NCBI GenBank assembly: GCA_964270895.1
Contig: OZ185440.1
Source of the DNA: Podarcis filfolensis
Taxonomy: Eukaryota
DNA length: 64,000 bases
Direction: 5' to 3' (one strand)
In this document: piece after piece, positions 11,513-24,813 of the stretch
Position numbering within the stretch: the first letter of the stretch is position 1
Layout: each line of letters begins with the position of its first letter
Program-made: the position numbers and the translations under genes
Notes under the pieces: model-generated
The model's database searches: none
Seen by the model: only the letters and a program-made list of their open reading frames with translations
What the model was told of the DNA's origin: nothing

Positions 11513-13718
11513 CTACGTAACAATTAAGAAAGGACAAAAGAGGGCAAGTTACAGCTTCCTGACTTTGAAAGAAAAAAATTACCAACAGCAAGTCTTCTAC
11601 CTTTCCACTTTCAGCAGCCGGAAACTAACAATAAAGCTGCAAAGTGTGAATGCTATGGGAACTTCTCAGGTCTCTCTCAGCAACTCTATCAGTATGTGAA
11701 GTTTGAACCACATGAATTTGCTGGAAATTTGAAACATGCTTTATTTCCTCTTGCAAGTCATTTTTCAATCATCTGCTTATGGTTTCATGCTGCTTATATG
11801 AAAATTATTTTCAGCACAATGGTAAGCACTTTTACTTAGATCCAAGTCCCATGAAGTTCTATAGGATAAATTCCCTTGCTTAATGACAACGTCTGCAGAG
11901 GAGAGAGACTGATGGAGCCACCAGGTTAGGAATGATGAAGACATTTTCTCAAACTAGTTTTTTAAAGTAAACTCTACTAAAACATACACACACATCACAT
12001 AGCACCAGAACAATTTCTGAGAAGATTAGTAGGTTAACGGTTAGTAATTTCTACGCTTTAACATTTCAGAGTAATTCAAAGCTTCTAAAAACACAACTAT
12101 GTAAATACACTTTGCACATTGTCGTTTCAGATGCAAACAGCAAACCATGGTTTGATTAAAGCAGGAAATTACTCATTCAGATGAGTGTGTAAGAGGAGGA
12201 GTGTGTGCAAACGCATGACTAATCATAGAAACAATGGTTTGGAGGACTGGAAGTATTACTTCTAAACCTACACTTAAGTCTTTTAAGATGCCAGAAGACT
12301 CTTTGTTTATATCTCAAGAATAAACATATGTCACCAAAGTCTTTTCCACAGCTGCCCACTCTACTGTAATACCAATCCCTAGAAAACCTATTTAAAAATA
12401 AATGACAAATACTCACCTGAACCTATTTTGATATAGGAAGTCTGAATAAAAACAAATTTCCAGCCATACATTATGGCTGACATCTATAGTTTCTCCTTGA
12501 TTATTTATGATTTATATCCTATTCTAAAAGTCATAGTTCCCTTATTAATTATCTCAAATAGTATCCCAAGGTTTTATCTCTGCAACCTCAATGCACACTA
12601 TTTTTGAGACGTCATGGCAACTTTGAATAATTATCAAAAAGGAAACAAAGGAGGAATGATAACATATCTTGAATTTGGTGTGCTTGGCAAAAAATTATAG
12701 TTATGTACCCCAATCCTAGGACAGCAATCCACAAATAAAATTGAAGATAATATGCAAGCATGGGTGTATTAATGTGTTTCCAAGGTACTATTGTACTGAC
12801 AAATTCAAAGCAAAGCTTCAAATGCAAGAAATCCTCCGTGTCAATGTTAAAAACAGGCCAGTCTTTGTCTTCACGAATACACAAAAAAGAACACATGAAA
12901 ATGTGTGTAGATAAATGCTTGAGGAAGGCTACAACAGTGAAGTATGGCGTTTCCTGTAGTGAAGAACTCTTTACCTAAGTCTGTCAAATTCTATTCCCGT
13001 TTTTAACAGCATCCTGAAACAAAACAAAAAACCAACCCAATTTCTGCCAAAACCAATCCAAGCAACTTTTAATCTGAAATTGATACTTCCTTAAACCAGA
13101 CAGAAGCCTGTCACCTGTGCCAGAAGCTGTCACCAAGAAGGGTGGGAGGGAACAGTTCTCTCCAATACAGAAAGAATGGAATGGCTCTGTAAGTTCATCA
13201 GATCAATTGGGTATGCAAACTTACCTAATTTCTATAATTAATTTCAATTGTTGAACCCTGCTTTATTGTTATCAGTTTCTTTTAAAAAGCAAACAACACA
13301 GTTCCAGCCTGCCTGCATTTTCACCATAAACATGCATAACATTAGCACTGGATAATGGAATCACTGTAGTTGTTATTCTTCTGGACACATTACTGCTTTT
13401 CCTCAATGAGCTTTCCTTTCTGTTTTTCAGAACATAAAAGACCCTAAAAAGAACAGGTTCTTCCTATTCCCGTGTCTCTATCCTATTCGGTTAGGAGAAC
13501 TTTTTTGTTTTAGCAATCTGGCAAATAATAATAATAATAATATAGGACTTCTTCCCATTACTTTCAGTAACATTTCAGTATAGTTCTAAGTGCAGTTAAG
13601 CCCTTTTACATTCTGTGATGTTCAACATCAATATTGCTGATGGCACTATAAAGCATTATTTATTATTAACAACTTTTTACAGTATTCGGAACTGTTGAAT
13701 GGAAGGTCAAGAATTGTG

Positions 13719-14815
13719 AGGGGGCCACTAGGTGGCGCATCGGAAGATGGCTGACAATAACATCTCTCCGACCCACACGAGATAATTTGGAGGCTATGAT
13801 GGGGGTAATTAGCCTCCTTAACCCCCCCAGGATTGTGGGGGGGACGGCCCTTGCCTGCTGTGCCCTATACCACCCCCGAATTTGTGGGGGTGGGGGCACT
13901 AGGCACAAAGCCCTCCTGTGGGATTCCGGCACTCCTGGACGCCGTCCCTGATTCGCGCCGCTAGTTGCAAGCATCTTCAAAAGAAACAATTTGGACGAGA
14001 TAAATTGCACATGCTTCAAGGAAAAAGGGGAGTAAAGACTGCTGACAGAAGAGATCTCTGATAACAAGACAAGAATAAAATATGAGAAGATACGTCAAGA
14101 TACGGTATGACTGAGGGGGGAGGGGGGGAAAACCTGCCTTCCTTTTTCTTATGTGATTTAACAAGAATCCCCTCCCCTAATGAATCAGAAACTAAGGACT
14201 TAAGCTGTGGATTTAAGGCTGTGTTGAGATAAACTTTCGAACCAAAGCAATGTTTCAAGATGAAGCTGGAAAGCTAAGAGTTTTGGAATGACGCAGTTAA
14301 AAATGCCGTCGCCATTTTGGGAGGCATTGTTGGAGCTCTTGGGTCTGGGAGGAGAAAGAGAGAAATAAAGTTGTTTACATATCGTGGATCAACTTCTCGG
14401 TGGGACTTAAGAGCGACAAATGCCAAATTTATGATGGAAAGAGCGATGTTATCTACGAAGGAGATATATGGAAACCATCTGGACTTAGTGGAGGAACGGG
14501 AAATCCACACAGGATTATTATTTTGCTTATCGGCTTAAGGAGACTAACAGAAGAGATCGTAAAGGAAAAATAGAAATTATATGAACAAGATATGATGTGG
14601 AAACACCAAGATAAGACTGGATAGAATTATGAATTTTGTTTGGACTGATTTGGACATTAACGCAGTAATAAGAAGATGATCTGAATCCCCCTTTGGATCT
14701 TGAAGTATGGGTTCCCCCAACAAAATTTAAAAATTTGGCTTTGTAATTTGGAATTTATGTGATGTGATTTAATTTGATGTGATTGGCCAGTTAATAAAAA
14801 TTATTAAAAAAAAAA
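13719..14815 (+). mobile_element. 1.1 kb non-coding L1-type retroelement (internally deleted L1 or L1-mobilised sequence), antisense in a USP49 intron
   Basis: 10-bp TSD aagaattgtg (13709-13718, 14816-14825), AATAAA 14793-14798 plus poly(A) tail, G-run and YY1-like aagatggct at the 5' end, CpG-rich 5' part. Confidence 0.85.
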
Positions 14816-14899
14816 AAGAATTGTGGAAGCACCTGTTATAGTGTCACCAGGCACAATGGAAAATTAAATCTGTAAGTAACACAACCGTCTTTCACTTAC

Positions 14900-15104
14900 T
14901 GTTGCACTGGTCACATGCATAAATCCTTCCTTCCAAAGCTTCTGTTTCTGTGAATTTGGCCAACATTTCAGTCAGCATGCACTCCGTCTGATTAACAGGC
15001 ACAATCCCTTTGTTGATGGAGTGATACCGTTCAGGAAATTCCAGGGAAAGATCCCAGAAAGGTTCCACAGTATTAGATTTATAGTTACATGTTATACAGG
15101 TGAC
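14900..15104 (-). CDS. USP49: USP49 coding exon 2 (205 nt, [27 protein letters not shown]...YACDQCN)
   Basis: Not in ORF track; read manually. Acceptor ccttttcttgctag, donor AACA|GTAAGT, phase 0 to 1; contains EPFWDLSL and CxxC USP motifs. Confidence 0.96.
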
Positions 15105-15978
15105 CTAGCAAGAAAAGGTTTATTTATTAAGACATACATTTATACAGATACCGTCTCATAAGACACTGTGAGGCCAGTGAGTGAGGCTTAGCAGCCAAGA
15201 AAATATGGCTTATTCTGTGCTCTAAGTAAGTCTGTAACAATCTGTAAGAGAGGGGTTGTCCTTGGAAATTCCCAGATACGGACAGAGAGGCATCTTCAGA
15301 ATAATTTCTATTGTTTGATCATACTGCCTTTGTACCACTCTCTAGTGTAAGAATGAATTCAGTCCTACTGAAATCTATGGCTACTATGACTTCAGTTCTG
15401 TTAAAATGAAGTTCTTAATAGGCCTGAATTATTTGCTCAAATTAAAACTTTTCATTCAAAATTTATATATTAAAAAAATTCAACTCCATTAAGTAATTCC
15501 TCTAACTTGATTTATTGATAAATGCCCATATCTATTTAATTTTCTTCATCGCTATAATGAGTTGCTGAATATAGTTCTTCAGTTTATTGGTATGTTGAAG
15601 AGGATTTTATGTTATATGATACCAATATTGCTGTTTAGTGGGTAATAGGTTTGTTTTTGTTAATTGCTTCACCAAGAAGAAATGATGTATTTTACCCAGT
15701 TTGCTAGACTAAACCTGTGAAAAGATGCATCCTGCAACATAGCTCCAATTTATACCTAAAGCCAATGGCATTATATGCACTAATTTCCTCCCTGACTTCC
15801 AGTTGTAAGGAAAGAAAAGTTTGTTAATCTGGATGTAATGAGATGAACCAGAAAGTGGGGTGGGGTGGGGTTAGAGCTTGTGAGGAAAGGAATCTTGAAT
15901 GTCCAAGATTCACTCATGTAATGTCAAGCCACCACAGCATGGTGTTACATGAGAACTACCTATAATGTCTACTTAGAG

Positions 15979-16114
15979 CAGGCATGCCCAACCTGTGGCC
16001 CTTCAGATGTTTTGGCCTACAACTCCCATGATCCCTAACTAACAGGACCAGTGGTCAGGGATGATGGGAATTGTAGTCCAAAACATCTGGAGGGCCGAAG
16101 GTTGGGGATGACTG
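15979..16114. mobile_element. Palindromic hAT-type MITE
   Basis: Long inverted arms (ccaacct...cagatgttttgg..ctacaactcccat / atgggaattgtagtccaaaacatctg...aggttgg); older relatives at ~25885-25960, ~39820-39920 and ~48620-48750. Confidence 0.85.
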
Positions 16115-16533
16115 ACTTAAGAGTATTATATAGCTGGGAGCTTCTGAATGAGGTACATTATATTATGATATTTTGCAAAAATGAAAACAAAAAGAGGAGT
16201 GGGGGAGAAAACTCTGCCTCATTCTCCCAAAAGATTCTGATGGGTTAACAATGTAGTTTGCAAAAGCTAAGTGGAAGCAGCCAAAAGCACCTAACTAGGA
16301 GGACAGAAAAAATAGTGCCACAGTCATGCTTTGCAAAACAGCAACAACAAAACCCCACACCCATTATATAAACAAAGCCTATCTATCCCCAGCCATATTT
16401 GGAATAGTAAGTATGAACTATAGCAAAAACTCTAACATTGTTCTGTTAGCAGCATGAGTTGCTGAAAAGGGAAATTAATCCTCCCACCTGAATCTTCTGC
16501 TAAACCTCACAATCCCCCACAATTGCAATAAAA

Positions 16534-16571
<38 letters not shown>
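16534..16571. repeat. (TAC)12 microsatellite
   Basis: Perfect trinucleotide run, 38 bp. Confidence 0.98.
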
Positions 16572-16688
16572 TAATTTTATTCCATTAGAAAAATATGCTG
16601 AAAATGACAAATTTCACTTAAGGTATACTAAAAATTCTCCTTTTGCAAGATACAAGCATTAATATTTGGTTATTCATAAATACTGTCA

Positions 16689-18150
<1,462 letters not shown>

Positions 18151-18227
18151 CTTGCAAAGGAGACAGAAAAGTACTTAAGTAACTGCACACATTAAAAAAT
18201 ACAGTCATATATTATTTCTAAAAACCA

Positions 18228-18434
18228 CCCCAAAAGCCTGGGCAGTGTGTATGGAGGTCCTGGGCTGCCAGACAACAAGATCACCACCCCTTGGCCTTGC
18301 TGATGTGGTCCAAAGAAAAGCAGAGCCATACATTTGGCACCAGCTTGGCTGCAGGAGTTGCTGGAAGGAGACGTACAAGGCGCCATCCAACCATCTTAGG
18401 GACTCCAGATTTGTGTAGGGTTTACTCCTTGGCC
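18228..18434. mobile_element. Unclassified interspersed repeat; second partial copy at 55624-55673
   Basis: gcctgggcagtgtgt.tggagg...tcctgggctgc.cagacaaca shared between the two loci. Confidence 0.65.
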
Positions 18435-19984
18435 ATATGTTGTATAAACAAAATTAAAATTGGACTGCACAATCTCTAAACACACAATGGCCTGACTCAC
18501 ACATAAAGCTTAAGTATAGTTTAGCATTACAAGGGTAAGCCACAGTAAAGTCTTGAGCTTGTGTTCTTCTCCCTTTTCTCCTCTCTTCATCCAGTGTGGC
18601 TGCACTTCCAAATTTCCTCATGGCAGCAGTCATGTACAGGGCAGCTCACAGGCCCAAGACTTGTTCACATATTGCTAAACCATAGTTTAGCACTACATAC
18701 AAATAAGGTTAAACAAATAAGGTCTCATTTGTACGCAACCTGAATTCCATCCCAGGAAAGGCACATTACTGCACAGAAAACATTTATTCACTAGAAATAA
18801 TATTACTAAATCATATTATGCTGTTTTACTAGACTTTTTATCATGCTATTTTTCAAGGCTTAACTCTTCAAGAACAAACTAAGTTATGAATTATATAGAG
18901 CTGCAGCAATCCTGAGCTGTAGCAAAAACCAAACATTTGCTACAGATTGTGGTTAAAAAACAGAGTGTTTAACCATGATCCCAGGTAAGAAAAACCTTGG
19001 CCTAGCAGAGCAACAAAGCAGCTGTCACCTCCCTGGGAGGCAGCACTTTTGTGCTAAACTGTGGTCTAGCTTAGTGTTACATGCAGACATGGCCAATATG
19101 TCCATATCTACATATTTGTTTCAACTTAATTCTGAACTAATATTTAAAAATTATTTTTGTTTCCCATTGTTTTGAAATTTCTCAGGAATCTACATCAACC
19201 ACTATCATTCGTGATAGGAAGAAAACAGAATAGAACACTTCTTCCAGAAACTGTAATTAACATTACATAGTAAGCTCACTTAGCCTTGAAAGTCTCCAGA
19301 ATGAATAGGCTTACAAGTATAACCAGACCTCTTGTGAGCCACAGACAATTGCAGAGGCATCCTACCCATCCTTACACAACAACATTGGCCCAGGAATTCT
19401 CTTTGAGGCAGAGTCAATAAAAATCAAGAGTTAATTAAAAATAGAATTTTAAATCTGATTTTTCAAATGTTTCATATATAGTAATACTTTTCTTTTTAAA
19501 AATTAAAACCCCTTTTTAAAAACTGAATATAATACCAACAAATATATTTAAACCTACATTTAATGCTCTTAAAACCAAAACATGGCATTCTATCTATTAC
19601 CGAATTAAATGCAACCTTTATATTTAAAAAACAAAACTAGGGAAAACATATCTGACTTGGGGCTAAGTATTATAAATAACACCAAAGCCAGATTCACACA
19701 TCATGGTTCCAGTCCAATATGCCCCTGTTATATCAGACTGAGAATGAGCCTTGTGCATGAACACTTCCCCTTCCCTCTCTTCATAAGCCAGTTTTCTGTG
19801 ATGTCTGAACCACGGAAATGAAGTTTAAAGCATGCTTACAAACTAAAATATGACCTTGGATGGACTCTCTAGATTAGTGTTTGCAGGTACCATGTTGCAG
19901 TGGTTGTGCAGCAAGCTGGTTAGCTGATTCAAGAATGTGGTGCTGAGAGCTTTCTGCTCAGTTCAATGACACTGCGGTGTCGGA

Positions 19985-20185
19985 TGATGACCAGGCCTCA
20001 AATCCCCACTTGGACATGAAGCTCACTGGGTGAAACTGGGCCAGTCCCTGCCTCTCAGCCTAGTCTACCTCAATGGGTTGTTATGGGAATTAAATGAGGA
20101 GGGGGAGAACCCTGTATGCAACCTTGAGCTCCTCAGAGAAAAAGCGGGATATACAGTAAATGCAATAAACAAATAATAAATAATA
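19985..20185 (+). mobile_element. tRNA/CORE SINE with L2-derived tail (MIR/Squam3-like)
   Basis: catgaagctcactgggtga...gggccagtc...ctcagcct core, A-rich tail; reverse-complement copy at 33893. Confidence 0.7.
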
Positions 20186-21844
20186 TGTTCTGTTTGTTTG
20201 GAGTCCCGCAAGGTTCCGTCCTGTCCTCCATGCTTCTTAACTTCCTCATTGGGAGTGGAGAAACAGACATGGCCAGTGGACTGGATCCTGAAATCCCTCA
20301 CCCTTGCAGACCAGTTTGATAGGTGGGCGGGAGACATGATGTCAGGTACATTGCTTCCCTTTGCAAAAAGAAAGTTCCTTTGCAGACTTACTTGAACTTG
20401 AGCAGATTGCAAAGTAAGATCCCTGAAGCACGTCCCCGTGGGTGTTGCAGTCAGTGCCAATCAGCTGGTCAGCACGCCGCCTGCAATGCTCCATTTCGGC
20501 AGAGATCAACTATGCTTGGGAGCTCTGATTGTGAACTGCAGGATGCAGCTGATGCGGGACGGGGTAGGCTCTGCTGGCCAAGGAAAAGTTGAAAGCAAAT
20601 GTTAAAGCTCTCAATTATTCCTTTACAGCCATGTTTTCTCCTTTCCGACACCTGATGTCACAAGCGGGTGTGGTTTGAGGAATATGGCCCCGTGACTAAA
20701 TTAGCAGAGGTTCCCCACTACGGATCTACATGAAACCATCACAAATGAGGCAGCTGTAGCTGCAGGTTTTCTCGTTCTGCTGCCCAATTAATGAAATCCT
20801 CACCTTGTGCCTACTTTGTTATCTTTTGAGCACCAGGTAGAGATCTTTTAGTTGTCCCAGGTTTCTAACTGTGAAACAGTGATGACTTTATTGCTGCCAG
20901 TTTTTAGCTGCTGACTTCTACTTCAGTTTGTTAATGTTTCCATTACATCCGTTTTATTTCTATTCTGTAAATTGCTCCAAGAATACTTGGCGACACAGAA
21001 AATTTCAAAATAAACATAATGGAAAATACACACTTTTATGGGGAAAAGTTGGTATAAGTATTCACAGTGACAAACATGGCACTAATAAATAAAATAAATG
21101 AAAAAAATGGTCTTGCCAACATTTTTAGGACACACAGAATAAATGCACAATGTACATTTATGGCAGAATTTATAAATAAATGGTAAAGCTTGTGTTGTAT
21201 TGCATTAACTTGTAACATTTCGTTTAAAAGTCTAGCATCTTTGTCAGGGCTATTTGTAAACAGAAAGTTGGCCTTTGACCTTTCAGTATAAATGGAAGCT
21301 ACTGAGTTCTTACATAAAACAAAGTTATACTGTCATTAAGCTATGCTTGTACCTGCAGCATTAATGGAAAAGTGCTGATAATCTCTGTTTCTTCCTTTAA
21401 AATGGCAATAGCAACAAGTTTACTTAGATACTTGCTGGCAGATTTTAATTTTTTTATCCTATTAAACAAGGGTGTTAAGCAAAATCCTCCTACAAAACAA
21501 TTTCCGCCCTCCCTTCCCAACAGGTGGGCAGGGTTTGCGACACCAAGCGGGCTTACCTGGTCTGGTGCCTCCCACCTGGGTCAGGGTGGCTATCGTCCCG
21601 CCCCCAGCCTAGGAGGACAATGGACGGCCGGCTGGGGGTGGGGCAAAGACCAAGGAAAAGAGGGGTTCAGCACGTGTGCTCGCAATAGGAAGTGGTACCT
21701 TATGCAATTCACTTTGCAGACTTGTCTAAAAGCATGGGATACATTATCAGCAGGACATAATTATTCCTTTAATACTCTTCGGTAATAGCAGGAATACAAG
21801 AAAATGGCCACAATAAAAGGAGCCCCACATACACAGAGGGTATA

Positions 21845-22090
21845 CAATTATACCTCGGGTTGAAGTAGCTTCAGGTTAAGTATTTTCGGATTGTGCTCTG
21901 CGGTGACCCGGAAGTAACGGAGAGCGTTACCTCCAGGTTTTGCCACTAGCGCATGCGCAGACGCTCAAAATGACGTCACATGGAAGCGGCAAAACGTGGC
22001 CCGCACACATGCGCAGTCGCGTGTTACGTTTACTTCAGGTTGCGAACGGGGCTCCGGAACAGATCCCGTTCGTATCCAGAGGTACCACTG
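21845..22090. mobile_element. Tc1/mariner-type MITE
   Basis: TA-flanked; left end caattatacctcggg is a decayed match to the right TIR gaggtaccactg; same TIR as the 35015 and 47541 copies. Confidence 0.8.
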
Positions 22091-22259
22091 TATTAGCTCT
22101 AGGTCATAAGCATATGGGCTTCTTTCCTCTGCAGGTGCTGATACAACAAACACTCTTGTTTGCTCAATTTGCTGAGTTACTGCATGCGTGCGTGCATGCG
22201 AAAGAGAAAAAATACAGGCCAGACATAAAAACAAGTTTAAAGCAGAATACAATACTCAC

Positions 22260-22419
22260 CGATTCATATTTAAATATTCCCGCAACTCAACGATCAGAGG
22301 CTGGAACATCCCCATTGCAGTCAATAGGAACTTCAACTGTTCTTCAGGAATTTAATTATAACTTAGATCTTCATCAGAAACAGGCAATGCAGTGTTATAG
22401 CCCTAAAGAGAAAGTATTC
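22260..22419 (-). other. Candidate non-coding 5' UTR exon of USP49
   Basis: Consensus donor CG|GTGAGTAT at 22260; acceptors tgtttcacag (22420) or actttctctttag (22403). Confidence 0.45.
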
Positions 22420-23085
22420 CTGTGAAACATATATAAACAAGAAATAGGCTGTGCAGCTTTAGAACATGAATCATTCCTCTAGTGGAAGAACTACTGCAGA
22501 TAATATATTTTTAATGATGGACAAAAAACTAACTAGACGGCACAATTATACCACAGCCATTGATGAAGAAATGTCAAAAGGAAAAAGGCACCCTGGATTT
22601 CCTTTGTTTCAGAGCTTTAGCTTTATAGAACTGTCTGCTACTCATATACAGTTGATTCAGTCTATTACTGCTAATCAACTACCTACATATTTGCAAAGCA
22701 AAATCTAAAAAGGAAAGGCCAGCTAAAAATACGCACATATTGGTTCACTTTGATTTGGATGGCCGAGAAAACAGCTTTTTGTAGGGAAATTCTACCATCC
22801 ATTCAACTCTGATTCACACAGGATTTTAGAACATATCTATCTGTGCATGTACAATGCAAATATAATATGGATTACATGCCTCCCCCTACTCCAAACAGAG
22901 ACAAAAAACCTAGTTAACAAGAGGAACAAATATTGAGTTTAAGGAGGGCAATTTACAAGGGAAAACTAACTTGTCTGGATGCAGCAAATGTCTGAATGCA
23001 CCACATTAACAATATGGACAGAATGCATAGTTTCATCATCCCTACGCAAGACACAACCTTACAGTGATGCTTATGATACTACAGT

Positions 23086-23122
23086 GTTGTTGTTGTTGTT
23101 TAGTCGTTTAGTCGTGTCCGAC
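23086..23122 (-). mobile_element. Very short Bov-B 3' end with (GTT)n tail
   Basis: gttgttgttgttgtttagtcgtttagtcgtgtccgact shares the tail seen at 31328. Confidence 0.65.
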
Positions 23123-24697
23123 TACTTGCTGATAAAAAGAATCCTCACACACCAAAAACATCTGTGGGTACATAGTAAATCATTCCTCACACTGTTCTGT
23201 GCTCACAACTAGGGCAGGCTAGCTTTTCCTGGAGGATCCTTTTGTCCTTAGAAGCAATCCAATTTATCCTCTGACATCTAGCCCCATGGGGAATCTCTCT
23301 ATTTGCATGTCTTTGGCCTCCCACTAAGCGGATTTCAATAGGTATGCTGAGATGGGGTTGGCCAGGGGTGCCAATCTGGAGAACTTTCTGTGAATTTTAG
23401 CAAACAACAAAGGAGTCACATGGGATTTGGGGGCAAGGAAGGGGGTGGGGTGGAAGAGGCAGAAGGGAGTACAATAGGGAACTCCCCACTAAGATTATCT
23501 AAGACAAGGAGAAGTGTCTTATTTCGTCATGAGTGGAAATTTATTCAACAGAAACCTGAGACTTGCAAGAGGTGAAGATAAGCAGACCTAAGATAAATGT
23601 GGTAAGAACTTGCTGTGAACTAGAGAACTAGGAATATGTCAACCAACTAAATTCAGTCCATTAACTTAACTCTTTAGTTATCATTCCAAGCTGAAACAAA
23701 ATCTAGGCACATGCAAACACATACCTTACAACTTCCTTGAAGTCATCCCCCTCTCCCAACACACACCTTGTTCTATTCCCCACTTTTAACATGTGGATTG
23801 CAAGCTCCTCACAACAGGGACCTGTTTTGTTTCACTTATTTTGCTATGTCACGTTTCAGATATATTGATGGCACTATACAAACAATCCCAAAACCTACAG
23901 CAGAGTAAGCCTGGCTTTTAAGCAACATAGTACAAACAAATAATCTTGAGATTAACCACAAAAAATCTAGTTCTAAAAGAAAAATCATTCACAAGAAATA
24001 TTGTATAAACTAACTGTAAGGCATCAATGAGCATGTGGTATGAGCCACATGATTTACTGTACATGGAGGTTTGAGGCAGTTTTTATTAAAATCACTTTCC
24101 AAAAGGTTCATATGCACAGAGCTGTAACCATCATAGTGTCAACAGTGGTATGAAACTACACCATTATTTGACTATGCATGTAAATCACTAGTATTTTTTA
24201 ATCCTCACACAGACCAGGAACCAGTTTTTTTAAAAAAAGTATTTCACAGGGATGGATCTAAAACAACAGACATCCCCTGTATGCACTGTTGTTTAACTCA
24301 TTAAGAATCCCAAGAGCATTTGGTAAAGTACTGTAGTTAACCTGTAAACAGTGCAAATACAAAATCTGTGAACTGTTAACAGAAAGGTTTAGTAATATTG
24401 ATTGGAGGGAAGAGTATCAAAAAGAACTATTAATGGATAAGAGAGGTGAATTAAAAACAGATGTGTATCCTTCCCCACTCAGTTTTACTTCTTCTGCAAC
24501 GATACAAGATATCTCAGCTTATTACTTTATATTGTGTCCTTTTCCCAAGGAGCTCAGAGTGAATCTCTTTAGCTTCTCAACAGCCATGTTAGGTAGGTTA
24601 GACTGAGAGTGTCTAATTTGCCTATAGCAAATTAAGAACTCCCTAGTAAAACTTAGGAAGGCTAGTAGCACAGGAGGGATCTGAGGCAAGGTCCAAG

Positions 24698-24813
24698 CAT
24701 GGGTGCAGCCAAGGGGAACCGGGGGGGGCCCTGTGCCCCCTAAATCAAGTAAATAAATAAAAATACTTATCTGAGGTTCTGCCCCCCCAACATAAATCTT
24801 GGCTACGCCCATG
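24698..24813. mobile_element. Short hAT-type MITE
   Basis: TIR catgggtgcagcca / tggctacgcccatg; perfect 8-bp TSD ggtccaag. Confidence 0.85.

Noticed and set aside
13219-13228. Consensus donor TAG|GTAAGT on the minus strand
   Set aside because: No plausible acceptor upstream within exon distance.
21940-22425. 161-aa plus-strand ORF
   Set aside because: Starts inside a MITE and crosses its boundary; no domain.
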